A stretch of DNA of 64,000 nucleotides, from the NCBI RefSeq assembly GCF_000181795.1, contig NW_003526941.1:2199376-2263375 (forward strand), given 5' to 3'. Every line of letters starts with the position of its first letter. Within the stretch, counting starts at the first letter, position 1. Below, piece by piece: positions 51,181 to 64,000 of this stretch. The notes beneath the pieces are model-generated. The model made no database searches. It was not told where the DNA came from and worked only from the letters and a program-made list of their open reading frames with translations. The DNA is from Trichinella spiralis (taxonomy: Eukaryota). Made by a program: the position numbers and the translations under genes.

Positions 51181-54100
51181 ACGAGAAAATCCACCACATT
51201 TGCACCACAAGCAAAAACAACTCTTTTCATCTCAATCTCGAGATCTGTTTGCGAATCGACATCACACATCTATTGTCTGTCTCCGGCACTCAGGAAACTT
51301 TTGAGCGCAGGTCATTTTTTTCAATTATCAATTATTATTGCACATATATTATAAATTCACCTGCAACAACAACGACAAAAAGTTTTTTCTTTTCTTTTTA
51401 AAAAATATTCTCGCGTCATTTTTTTTCTTTCATTTATTAATCAGAACAACAGCCTTGACGCGCTTGTTGTAATGCTTTTTATGTTGTTGTTGTTGTTCTT
51501 GTTCTTGTTGTTGTTGTTGTTCTTTCTCCTATTTCATAACAACAACCAATAAGTACAGTATGTTATGTTTTTGTTTTTTCTTACCTATTTTTCTTTTTAC
51601 TGTTGACGTTCACCAACTTTTAACCGGTTTTACTTTTCCATACTATATATATATATATATATACACGCATACATATCTATATTATATTTATATTTATATT
51701 TGTGCATATGTTTTATTTTCCGATTGACATATGTTAATTTTATAAAATATAATTTTGCAATTCAGCATTTTTTTTCACGGCCAGCAAAAGAGCTGACGAT
51801 CACAGCTACAACGATCCTACGACGCTGATGTAATTAATTGTTCTTGCTTGCAGAGAAATAAATCGTTTTTCTTCTTTTTTTTACACAAATAAGCTGTCGT
51901 TTGCCATTTGGTCGACCTGCTGCTGCCGCGGATGATGATGATGATGATGATCAAAGAGGATCATTCATCAGCTTTGTATGCGCAATAAATATCCGGTTGA
52001 CCTTGGCCACGTTGACTGACTGACCGGAAGCGGACGGAAATCGCAGCTTCCGTTTTTGCACGCAAACCAAAGCACCAGAACGATTTGTTTTTGTCTTTTT
52101 TATGTTAAAAATAAAAATACCAATTACCCTTGACCTGAAAGCTGCAGATGGATAGCTTTATTTTAATCGATCAAAAATTATTACATCAACAGACTATTTG
52201 AATTTGAATTTTTATCTTTCATTTATAATTCGCTCGCACAATTTGATTTGATGAATAAGCAACAATAGCGTCAACAATTTATTTATTCATCAAAAAGGTG
52301 AAAAATTATAGTTAGCTTTATGAAGAAAATAAATACAAACAAACAAACAAAAACAGCCTTGATTGAAAAAAGCAATCGCGTGTGAATTTTGATTGTTGTT
52401 GATCAAATGAATAAAATCATCCATCCATCTATCTACCTACGTATATGCACGTACGACTTTCAAACGTCATTTGAAATTTTCCAAATCGCTTTTCGATAGC
52501 GATGCTCTAAAATTTATTCTCCGCTCACGCACAGCACATCACACATCTCAGGCAGAGCTATAAATACAAATAAATAAATAAATATATATATATATATATA
52601 TGTATATAAACGCTTTTATCGAGAGACGATTCCGTCAATCAACTGGCCAACAAGGAGCACGTCGTCCGGTTAAAGAACTTCACTTGGCCTTTTGAGGTTC
52701 AAATTAAATTACACGAAGGCGTTTCGATCGATTCAGAGCTAATTAAAAAGCAATGCACCACCGACACCGGCCTGGCTTTTTATTTGTACAGCAAATCGCA
52801 CCACACACCACTCACTGTTCAAGCGAACACTAATTATTGCTCTCACTCACTCTCTGCACTGCAGTGATCAAATGCTGAATTTGAACAACAATTCCAACAT
52901 TCATTACATAATTTATGCAAAACAAAAACCATCATCAAAAGAAAAAAACACTAAATCTCCAAGCAGATTAATTAACTTTGAAGAACTTACAGTAACCTAT
53001 TTTTGAAGTACGTAAAAAAGTTTTCAAATGCATCCGTTCCGTTCAATGTACTTACTGAAAAAGACAGCTTGACGGTTGGTTCAGCTTCTTCTTTCTCCTT
53101 GCAGTCTTTCTTTATGTTTTTCGTTTATAATACAAAATAAAATTTCCATTTTGTCACTTTTTAAAATTTTTTACAAGTAATACAATGAAAAATTCAAAAA
53201 TATTGCAACATGATCGCCGTGCAATTGCAACGTAATTATTTCGATGTTCTGTTTGCGTTTCTTAAAAAAACATGTATAAATCTTAAATCTTTAGTGTTTT
53301 TTTAAACAATTTTTTACAATGCTCGGTTTTTGAAAAAAAATATCAATACAATTCAAATAACACGATTTTACTCTTAATACTGTTTCAAAAAATTTGAAAA
53401 TATTCAAAAAATATCCAAAAAAGTAAAAATTATACGATTTAAGACAAACCGTCCACTACTTCACGCAATATGATCTGCGCATAAATAATTATGTTCAAAT
53501 TAATTCAAATATTTAAACTTGAATGTAAATGTACTGTAACAGACAGCTTGACGCCAACGTCACGATGAGTCACTGTCTAATAGGTTTGCAAATTGGACGG
53601 CAATGAGTGCAGATTTTCTTACTTATTAAAATTTATTTTTTCAAACGGCACAAATTTTGTCCCGCTGCTACTGAAATTTGAAAATTTTCAATTTTAAATG
53701 TGAGTTGTTTTTCGTTTTTTACAGTCCTTGAATTTCATTTAATTTTTGAAATTTGTTTTCAAATTTTCAACTTGTTGGGTTGGGTAAATTTTCAAATCAA
53801 TTTTCATTACTTTGTTACAGATGTTTGTGTGCAAATATTAGCACTGTATAGCAGTTTAGCAAAATTTATTATTTTTCTTTTTCTAAATCTAATTGAAAGT
53901 TGTTTTCAAATTTTGCTTAGCGCTTTCCGTAGTTATGTTATTTCATAATTGTAAAAATCAGTTTTTTACTTTTATAATTCGGTTTGTTGGTATTTAATTG
54001 TGGAAAAATGAATTTTAAAAAGAATTTTCCAACTTATTAATTAAAATAATATAATATAATGGAAATTTTTATTTTAAATTTTTTTAGCGGAAGATTGAAA

Positions 54101-54530
54101 GTGCTGCGAAATTTGCATGTCTTCAGCCTGCGGCTACAACCATTTATCTATTTTTAACAGTCAGGTAAGTGAAAATGTTTTTATTTTCATTCTGTCGTGA
54201 TTGGGTGGGGGCAGTTGTGATTTTCTCTTCTCAGCTTGCTTAGCTAATAAGGTGTGGTGACAGAATTTGATTGTTTTGTTAAAATGTTGTGGCAAAGCGA
54301 GCCGTCCGATCAGTGTCATTTCAATAGCGGCAGAGAATGAATTTTCCACATTATAGAAATAGACTGATTTCTACTGTGTTGCTTTAGCTTGGTGTGATAG
54401 TGTAGCTGTTTTCTTAGTTGTATTCATCTGCACTGTAAGCAGTATTCATTCAGTTGAACTGGCGGTTGAAAATGTCATTCGACGGTTTTTCATTAGAAGT
54501 TCTTTTTTACAAAAGTATCAGATTAATTGA

Positions 54531-55564
54531 TTAGCCGATGTAGACGTCGGATTTCACTTTGTTGGCAAGTGTGCATCGACAGCATTTAGCTTTGTAAAAG
54601 TAGTATTTCAACTGGCTTGACAAATCTGGGTGTATAAGAAGGTACATGAACGCGGCTACTAGGAGGAAAGAATTTTCCGTCGCTCGTGCAGCGACCATGA
54701 TGCTCGCATAGACTTCTTTTCTGGCACTTATCAATGCGATCGCAATCCATGGAAAAAATTGCGTTAACACAAACGCAGTGAAAACGCACAGCAAACTTTT
54801 CAAAATGCTCTTTTCCCGTTTGTGACGGAAATGGGCCAGGCTGCATTGGTTTGATTTAACGTTGCACACGACCACGAACAAAGTGAGCATGTAGGTAAAA
54901 GCTGCCACAGTGATCAGTCCTACCTTGGTGCAAGCGTAAATGTAAAAGTAACGCTTTGAAGTGACTTGGGCTTTTGGACAAAAAAAGAGAACTGGCTTTT
55001 CAAAATGGGATAAAGCTATTCCAATACAGATAAAAGCGTTCAGTATGCCAATGGAAAATACACCGATTAGCACATTGATGCGAGTGAAGATGGAAAAGGC
55101 ATGCTTGTGGAAATTTGGATTGTGGAAGAATAAAAATCTTTCGAAAGAGCACAAGCATATGACTAGCGTCACCGAGTCCGAGCCGACCGTGTTGATGTGC
55201 ATGTACACATTGTACGTCACGCAATGCCATGTCGGCACGTACTGCACAGGTTGTAATGTCATGCTCACTCGGTGCGAGAACATCATTATCCGTCCCACTG
55301 ATGTGACTAAACTGCCCACGGTGAAACCTACGGTATAGACAAATTTTTCTTATCATTTTGATCCGTTTTAACGCAGTGGAAAAATTAATTTTTAACATAC
55401 AACCACTACTTACAGGTTATCATTGTTAAGTCGGATCGATTTCCGTTGCGCTTTTTCATAAAAATTAATATGATCACATCCAATATTGTAGTCAAAATAG
55501 CCAACACCAAACGGAAGCATAAAAAATCTTGACGATAAATTGCAGCCGCTGTTTCGTTGTTCAT
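54531..55564 (-). CDS. Putative 7TM serpentine/chemosensory GPCR (~315 aa, 2 exons)
   Basis: Exon 1 (55414-55564, MNNETAAAIYRQDFLCFRLVLAILTTILDVIILIFM...) splices in phase 1 to exon 2 (54531-55327). The product has an N-terminal N-glycosylation sequon (NET), about seven hydrophobic segments, a DRY-like SFERF followed by HNPNF, and a basic third intracellular loop (FRHKREKSILKSL). Confidence 0.8.
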
Positions 55565-57288
55565 AATTTTTGCTCAATTTATTCGTCTGTTCATCTGAAA
55601 ATGGAAAAATGAAATTATTTTCACCTGATATAAGTGATGAAGATATTGAAGGCCATCGTGCATTATTGTTTTGCTCTTGCTTTTCAATATATTTATCATA
55701 AACTGGATAACGTGGTATGAATCGATAAATTGAAAACGGTGCAAGTCATTGGTGAATTTTTCATATTTTCCATAATTGAATTTTTAAATGAATTTTACTT
55801 CTAAATTAACTTAAGAAGGGCGGATGAATATGTTTCGCATAGTGAACGATTATTTATTAAATTTGCTGCTGGACATATTAATTTGCAAATACATTATTGC
55901 GAACTTGCATCTGCATATTATTCCAAATTCATCTAAAGTGAATTACACTAATATATGTTGTTTATTGCTTTTCATTTTGTAAAGAAAATACAAAATGAAG
56001 AACTTATTTATTTTTAAATTCAGTTTACGGTAGATGTACCAATGTTTGCCTCTTTTGTTTTTTTCTCCTTGGATGCAAATGAAAATTAGCTAGGCTTCTT
56101 CTTTTGTAATATTAATTTTTTAAAAATGTGCTGTAAATAGCAGTCAATTTGTGGTGCTGTTTTAGAACAATGCATTAATATGTGCTTGCATATGGTGCGC
56201 GCGTGCGTTAATATTTTTACTGAGTATAATATTCACTTTTATTAGTTGCGATGATAGTGTTAAATATGCAATGGCATTTCGTTTCAAGACATCAACAAAA
56301 GGGGTTTCAAATGAACAGTCATATCTTACCGTGTAACATAGCAGCACATCAGAGCAGTCGATTGAAGAACCGCATCATCTGCTTTTTTGAGAATGTAGTT
56401 ATTAATTCTACTCCAACGCTACATTTTGTATAAAACACTGCGATACCTCTGGGGCATGGCTCTTGCCTAATGGATGCTGGATGAAATTCAAAATATGTCG
56501 TAAAAGAATCAATTTTCCATGTGTAGATAGATATCCCGTGATTCTTTGATTCTTTTTTCCTGCTGAGGCTATTTCATTTCACGTTGGAATCTGTTGTTTA
56601 ATACCAAAAGTGTAATATAAATATAAATATAAATATAAATAAATATATATGTTAGTATACAGCTTTGATCAATACTTTGCACAAATTTTAATTTGGTTCT
56701 TTCGTTTTCCATTAACCGAATTATTATTGGCTTTGATTAATGGGTTAGCAGCATTTAACGTGATTTAATGCACGTAATGTTGCGCATTGAGCATTAAAAA
56801 GGGAACATTATTTATTATTTGTTCATTTTTGCAGTTTCCTGATTGTGTGTGTTCTTCTTTCTGTATAATTTTATCAATTTTTTGTGTATTATTATTGTTG
56901 AAAATAACTAAAGGTTGACTAAACCACCTGACGTAACCCCCGTGGCACCTGTAACAGTTTAAATTATTTTACTACTTATTTAGCATGTAGCATTCTTGCG
57001 GGCAAGATTGCGCAAATGTAATTCATAAATTAACTTGCTCAATTATATAGTTATTTAAATATTTTTCTTCTTCTGACATTAAGTTTAATCAACACGTTAG
57101 TGTTTAATCTTTAATATTATCAGCTATACAATGTACATAGTGGTAAAGCAGTGCTGACGATAAAATAGATAAATGCAAATTAAAAGATGCTTCATGCGAT
57201 ACACAACGATAAGCAGTTTGCAACAGTACTGATCAGTTGTTCTCTTTCCAATTGTTCATGCTCGGTTTGCTCCTAATTGTCGGTTTGC

Positions 57289-59822
57289 TCAATTGACTAG
57301 CTTTTCTCGATATGGGGGGGTTCGGTGAGCTTGACTTTGCCGGGCGACGATTTCGATCATTTCATCATTGCTTGACCAAGAATGATCTCTCCGGCTGTCC
57401 ACTGGTGATGGTTCTGCGCTGTCTGGAAAAATTGTGCTTCTTGTCGTGCCGTTGCTAGTAGGCAATGAATCTGCGTAGGCGTAAGGTTTCAATGATGCTC
57501 CGGAGAGGTATATGCTGCCTCTTTTTTTCAGCGTGTCATCATGCGAGGCACTTTCGTAACACCAGGCATCGCTCTATAGGTGAACGTTATTAAAATTAAA
57601 TATTGCGCAAATGCTTGAATGTGAGCGTTTTTGCGAAAGATATTTTATAGATTTTTAAACGAAAAGATTTTCATAGCCAGTTGGCTATTTGTATTGGTTT
57701 TCACATCCTCGAAACTGTACTTGTTTAAAAGATAAAACGTGTGGTTGATTGTCGTGAAATTCGTTACAATGAAGTTTACAATAGGGCGGGCGGAATTGGA
57801 ACAGCGGGCTGTTGTTAGCCAAGAACAAATACACCGTTTCACGGTTGGGTTCCTTGTTTCGCTAAGAAGCGAATCATTCATTCATTTGACCCGACTCCAA
57901 GCTGACCAACTATTGTAATGAGGACTCGTGTGAACAGCCACAGATTTTGGGCCAGTCGTATGGCCGTGGCGAGGACAATGGTGTGTTGCTGTTTAGTGGT
58001 GTGGGAAAGTGGTTGAGGAAGGTGACCGTCCGCTCCATCTGCAGAAGAAATCTAACCCCGATTAGTAGCAGATGATAGTTTTACCTGGTATGCAGGAGGT
58101 ATGGATTTATTGACGACCCATTGGTGACTGTTGTGACGGCGGCGATATTGCCAGATCATTAGAACGGACAAACTGATCAGTGAAACAAGGCAAATTACGG
58201 CTACGAAGATGATCAGTGTTAGTGTAATTGATCCGGGATCCAAAAATCCGAGCCGGTCGTTTTCGGCATTTGTGGAAGCGCTCTTTTCCACCAAAACCAA
58301 CGATTCTGAGTCGAACTGAAATGGAAAAAGCGTTATTTTCAAAAATAGAATTTTCTACTGGCTGTGATGGAAAATTTTAAACAAATCTTTACGTATATTA
58401 TATAATGTAGAAAATATGAAGATGAAAGGACAAATTATTCTCTACTATCGACAATAGAATAAGGCAAAAATTTACGCTCCACATATTTTTTATTGAATGG
58501 TCGCGTTTGACCCAAGAGGATAATAGGTGCAACCGAAATTAATTAATGCCCATTGCTATTCGGAATGGACTGACTTGACTGCTTTTTGAAGATGACCCGG
58601 CTTCATGTGGATTATTTTACACAACATATCTCAAGAATCCGTAAGCGATCTAAGTCAAGCTGATCACCGGTTATTGTCTATTTTAACAGCGGGAGAAGTT
58701 TCACATCTGCTGCACAGCTGCATTTCTAACTTGCACAAGTAATTTGAACAACGAACAGAGAGCCAAAAGGCTAATTTGTCAATCTCTGCGTAGACGATTG
58801 TCGGCAAAGTGACACAACAGTTCAGTAAATACGAGTTGCTGACGCTTGCGCTCGATCAGCAAGGACAAAATCTCAGCAGATGGTCACTGATTTATTCTTC
58901 TTGCAAGCTGAGATTGTGCAAACAACGACCACTAAAATGACTGTTGCAAAAAAGATTTTCCCAATTTGATATTCCATTTGTGGTGCATTTAGAAATGCAA
59001 GCATCCAAACCGATGCAACAAGCAACATATGCAACATTTGTTTTTGCAACATTGCAACATTACAAATTTTTATGAAAATATAATATACTCGACACATGGC
59101 TATTTTTTTGATTAAGATTAACATTTTCATTGACGTTGAAATATGACAACGTATAGAGAGGTTGTTAGTTGGTGAAAAATTTTGCAAAAGTGAACTCAGT
59201 TGAAAAAGCAGGAAAGGTTGTGTGGAAAGATTTAGTTTTGTTTGGAAAATTTAAATTTCAACTTACACTTTGCACAGGCGGGAAGGTGTCGTTGAGCTTT
59301 GTTTCCACATCAACGATCACATTGCTACTGGTCACGGGATCGTACAATGGATCAGCAATGTAGTCAGTGGATTCTTCTTCGTTAACGGTAACGACGTTCG
59401 TTTGTGAAGAATCAACAGTGGACGTCTCCGATGGTCTTTTCTTGGATTCTTGATCCTTTGAAATTGCACCAGGCAAATGGGTAGCAGTAGCATGCATTTC
59501 GTCGTCGTCGTCAGTCGATTCTGTTCGATGAATTGGTTGTTCAGCATAAGCGTCATTGTTGAAACCATCGACATAACTTTGCATCACAATGTCGGCCATC
59601 TCTTTCGCTTTCAGTACCTCGTCAGCCGACGGCGTCGATGAAGACGCTTCTAAGATCCCAATCGGATAACCGCTTATCAATTGACAACACACGAAACCTG
59701 TATATTAATATAAACGAGAATATTCATTCATTCGAAATATATAGCTAATGAATGGTAAAAGTGATAATGGAAAACAGTTTCTCACCGCACAGAAAAACTG
59801 TGAACGTCGATTTTGCAAACAT
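57289..59822 (-). CDS. Uncharacterised type I single-pass membrane protein (~327 aa)
   Basis: Four exons with compatible phases: 59786-59822, 59267-59697, 58085-58315 and 57289-57573. They encode a signal peptide (MFAKSTFTVFLCGFVCCQLISG), an acidic Ser/Thr-rich ectodomain, a TM helix (ITLTLIIFVAVICLVSLISLSVLMIW) with a YRRRH stop-transfer, and a Ser/Tyr-rich tail. I did not recognise a family. Confidence 0.72.
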
Positions 59823-62800
59823 TCCTGTTGACTGTTGTTTATTATCAGGCAGGCTGTAGGCTGTTCTTCTATTGTCAATTTGAGCTGAAGAAAGGAGGAT
59901 GTTTATTTCAAAACAAAAATTTTTTTCACAACTTGAAAAGCATGACAATATGCTAAAATGCGTGCGCGACCGATCGAAACGTCACAGACGACCACAACCT
60001 TTGTAGAAGAAGCTGGGTCGACGAAGCCTCAAGCGACGCGGCTACAAAACGACCTGGTCGACCCTACCTGAGCGTCAACCTGACCGACCATTATTACGTG
60101 AGCAAACAATAAAGCATTCATACTGTAAAAGTCACCGGTCATCATTGTCTACAAGAGCACCCTTCTTCAATATATGCAATTACTTTTTTCTTCTATTCAA
60201 TCGATGCCTCTGTGTTTCCTTCTTGTTTTTCATGCTTTCTTCATACCGGGCGGTGTTGATTGGTTAAGGAAAGGCTGTTAGCAAAATACACTTTGTTGTA
60301 GTCAAGTTAGCAATTAGAAAAGCATGAAATTGACCCATTTGAGAAAGTGAGGTTGAAATGATCCGGATTACATAAGTGAAGTGGAACTAACTGATTTATG
60401 AAACTGAACTGCAACTGCGCTACACTGTTACGCTGTCACATTGCCGTATATAAACTCGGCTGATCGGCTGATTGTTAATCTTGTTGTTCACCATTTTCAA
60501 AATTGCTTTATCCTGAATGAAAATTAAGCATGAAAAATGAATGATAACTGTTTTTCAACATGGAAATAAAATAACATGTATAGGTTTAAATTTTGAAAAT
60601 GAGTGAAGAATTTATGGTTAGTTTTTCCTTTGTTCAGTTGTGATTGGAAGAGAAATTATTTTCCCGAAAATTTCATTTTATCATTGTGATAGCTTTGGGA
60701 AATTTCAATCTGCTGTTTTTGTAATTTCTTCTTGTTTTCATGTAAAACCTGAAAAAATCAGTTTTGATTAAATGTGATGAGAAATGTTGGTTGGAATCAT
60801 TTAGCATTTGGTTCTTGGGTTTTTTTTTGTTATAATCTGATGGAACTGAGAATGTATTTTCTTTTCAAGATTTTCCTATTTTAATTGTAGTTCTTATTTT
60901 AGTAATAACATTTTGAAATGATCGAATATTCAGGTTTTTTAATAGGACACTGTCATTGTATCGATATGCATTGGCATGAATTAGCTTGTTTATGCTAATT
61001 GCTGTATTGCATTTTGACAGTTTTTCAAATTTGCACAAAATGAAAATATTCATTTTCTGAAATTCGTACTTCTTCTTTCACAAGTTAGTTAAAACTTGTC
61101 AAAATAGTGTAAATTATTAATAAAAATAATTTTAAAAGAATAATATTTTATTATTAAAGTTAATAATATTGTGCAGTTGTCATTGCAATTTGTCTACAGA
61201 GTTTGATCGTTTTCTAGCATCCTATATCTAACTTGGTTATATTGAAATTTGTTGACACTAGAACTTGATTAGCAATGATTTTATTTTTTGAAGCTCAATA
61301 ATTCAGTTTAAACTGTGCATTTGTGGTGAATAATGATTGATTTCATTCTTTATTTTCAATGATACATTTGTGGGGTTGTGGAATTGACCGGAAAATTAGA
61401 AAGGTGGTTGATAAAATTATTTTTCATCTTATTAGACCGTTGTCAGTTGGCAAGTGCAGCAATGTTTTAATTGCCTACTATCGAACCTCTCTACCTATTA
61501 TCTTTCTTTAGAAGTTTTGCCTCAGATAGCAGTGTATTACTTTTAATTGTGGTGCAACGTAATTGTAATACTTTTACTATGCCTGCGTAACTGTTTCTAA
61601 TCTCTGTGGCTAAATTGCATTGATTTACTTTATGCGGTCAGGTTATAAATTATGTGCAACGAATTTAATTACATGTTTTTTATGAAATGCACTTTCATCG
61701 AACTGGCTGCAAGAAAGAAGCTTTGCCTTACCTTAGTTTGTGGGATGTGTTCTTTCAGTGTTTATCTAAAATTATTGAATATTCGACGTAGTTGTTGTTC
61801 TCATGGAATGAGGCAACTGGTAATGTGATGAATGGAGATTGTGGAATTGTTGTTAAAGCTGCTGAGTGATGGAATGACTAACCCAAGGTTTGCTGGGTAA
61901 AGAAGTAAGGCTGACATTCTAAGTGACAGGTGGAATTTGTTGTAGCCGTTCCTGATTTGATGCGACGTCACTGCGACCGGCTCAAAATTACCCCCTCCGG
62001 AAAAGCTGGCATATACAGTTTTGCCAATAGCATTTTATATTGACAGAACTGCAGAATCCCTAGCTGGGTATCGAAGGTCGGATGTTGTAGTTGCAAATTT
62101 GAAAGCTGTGAGATACTGATGTCAGCACATCACGGGGCGCTGAAAATATTTTCACTTTTATAATTCTGTATGACTATGAAACAGTGGATACGTGTGTCTG
62201 GCATACAAATGGCAACAAGAAAATAAGCATCAGCCGGTGAAATTAATTGATTATTAACTGGCCTTTTTTCTTCAAAACATTCTGCACAGGGCTTAACATA
62301 ACGCAATAGTACTTTTTGCAAATGCAAGAAATGCGCTCACGCTAGCTGACCCCGAGGCAATTGCGATTCTTCAATTTTGGAAAACAGCCCAATTTAACAT
62401 CGTCTTTGCAAATGGAAATTCATAATTGCTATCAGAGTGAAAAGGTTGTACAAAATGGTATTTCTTGATTATATCTATGAACTTGTTTGATAACTTAGTT
62501 CAATTCTCTGAAGTTTAATACAAACATTTAACAAACAAAATTATGTTGCAATAGTTGAAGGGCGGTGATCATTTAACAAAAAATTTCAATATATTTTTAT
62601 TGTCTGTTTGTCAATATGTTGCACACATAAATGAATTTATATGTATGTATTGTATTGTATTGTATTGTATTGCTCAGCTGTGCTATGGGAAATTAGCATT
62701 TCGAATATTTCGTGTATTATGAGTAATAATTTTTTAAAACAGTATCTAATGTTAGGTGATAAAATTGTCACAAGAGGAGAACTGTGTTGCGCTCAGCATT

Positions 62801-64000
62801 GAAAAGAACGCGGCATAGCATGCGTTGTGTCATATGTGTGTAAGTTGGAGCAAAAAAGATTTTATTATTAGAACGTGCAACGTTTTACATCGAAATGTAT
62901 TTATTATGAATTTTCAGACGAAGAATTATCAAAATTTTATTGACGTCAATGATAACTGTAATATTTTGAAGCTGGTTTTCATCAGCTGCGAATAATTTGC
63001 TGTTTTTCATTTATACCATTAACTAATTTTGCATTTTGCTCATGCTGCTAATTGTACGCCGAAAACAAAATTGCAAATTTATTGAACAGCAGAAATGAAA
63101 ATTGGATGATATAAATCTATTTACCAAATTTGCTTTGCTTGAGGTTTATTTAGGTGAGGCGAAGCTTCTTTCTTGCAGCCAGTTCGATCAAAGTGTTTTT
63201 TATAAAAAATATATAATTAAATTCGCTGCATATAATTTATAACCTGACCGCATCAAGTAAATCAGTGCAATTTAGCCACAGAGGTTTGGAATAGCTAGGC
63301 AGGCGTGATATAAGTATTACAATTTATGTTGCACTACTATTAAAAATAATACATTACTACCTGGGGTAAAATTTTGATAGAATGAGTTAAAGATTGTAAA
63401 ATATAAAAGTTTTATATATACTACTTTTTTTATCAAAAATTTACCAACTTAATTTATGAAAAGATTAATGCTGTACCATATGCTTAGCTGATATTTGCCA
63501 GTAAGAATGCAAGCAAATTTATGTCACGAAAAATGTCAAATGGTCTATTTTTGGAAAATTAAATGATATCACTTTGTAGAATCTGTCTTAAACGAGTTGA
63601 AGTTTTGTGTTGATTTCAGAAGCAATCTCTTGGACCGAGGAAAAAATGGGATAATTTGTCACAGTTGTAACCTGGTTTTGTGTAGTTTGACTGGAATTTA
63701 AAGTGAAGTTGAAAATTTTGCTAGTTGCATGTTAGTGCAATGCTGAATAAAAGTTAAATATATTTTACTGGTGGTGGGGATTATTTTTAGTGATTCAAGG
63801 AAAGAAAATGCTTTCAAAAAGCAGAATTTTCATTAAAATCTTGTAAATGCAGAGTCTAATGTATATTGAATAAGATGATATTGAAGCGTTTCTATGTGTT
63901 GATAATTTTGATATTTTCACTAAACCAAACTGTATAATGGTTGTGATTGGATGAATAGGCAATTATTAATTCAAAACTTTTCTTTTAAAATGTTGGAATG

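Noticed and set aside
61730..62330. Exon-like fragments on the - strand with plausible splice sites
   Set aside because: Frames do not join consistently and no homology is recognisable.

Overview
This is eukaryotic, AT-rich, intron-dense genomic DNA. The very short (about 50-60 nt) GT-AG introns, a body-wall-type myosin and a serpentine GPCR point to a nematode; Trichinella-like is my inference, not something the sequence proves. I reconstructed seven spliced genes by hand: a RasGRP/rgef-1 Ras GEF (+), a muscle myosin II heavy chain (-), an ALK/LTK (scd-2) receptor tyrosine kinase (-), splicing factor Prp18 (+), an MKP3/DUSP6-7 (lip-1-like) ERK phosphatase interrupted by a 612-N gap (+), a 7TM serpentine GPCR (-) and an uncharacterised single-pass membrane protein (-). 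A ~3.3 kb near-identical tandem copy inside ALK flanks a 10-N gap and looks like an unmerged-haplotype assembly artefact. The main leads are: (1) three RTK-Ras-ERK pathway genes within ~46 kb; (2) clusters of ETS, CSL and CRE motifs in and around the DUSP gene, suggesting feedback wiring; (3) a RasGRP C1 domain lacking two glycines normally conserved in DAG-binding C1 domains; (4) a GC-AG intron in myosin. I could not support any rRNA, tRNA, CRISPR array or intact transposon, and I cannot claim a demonstrably new biological system.
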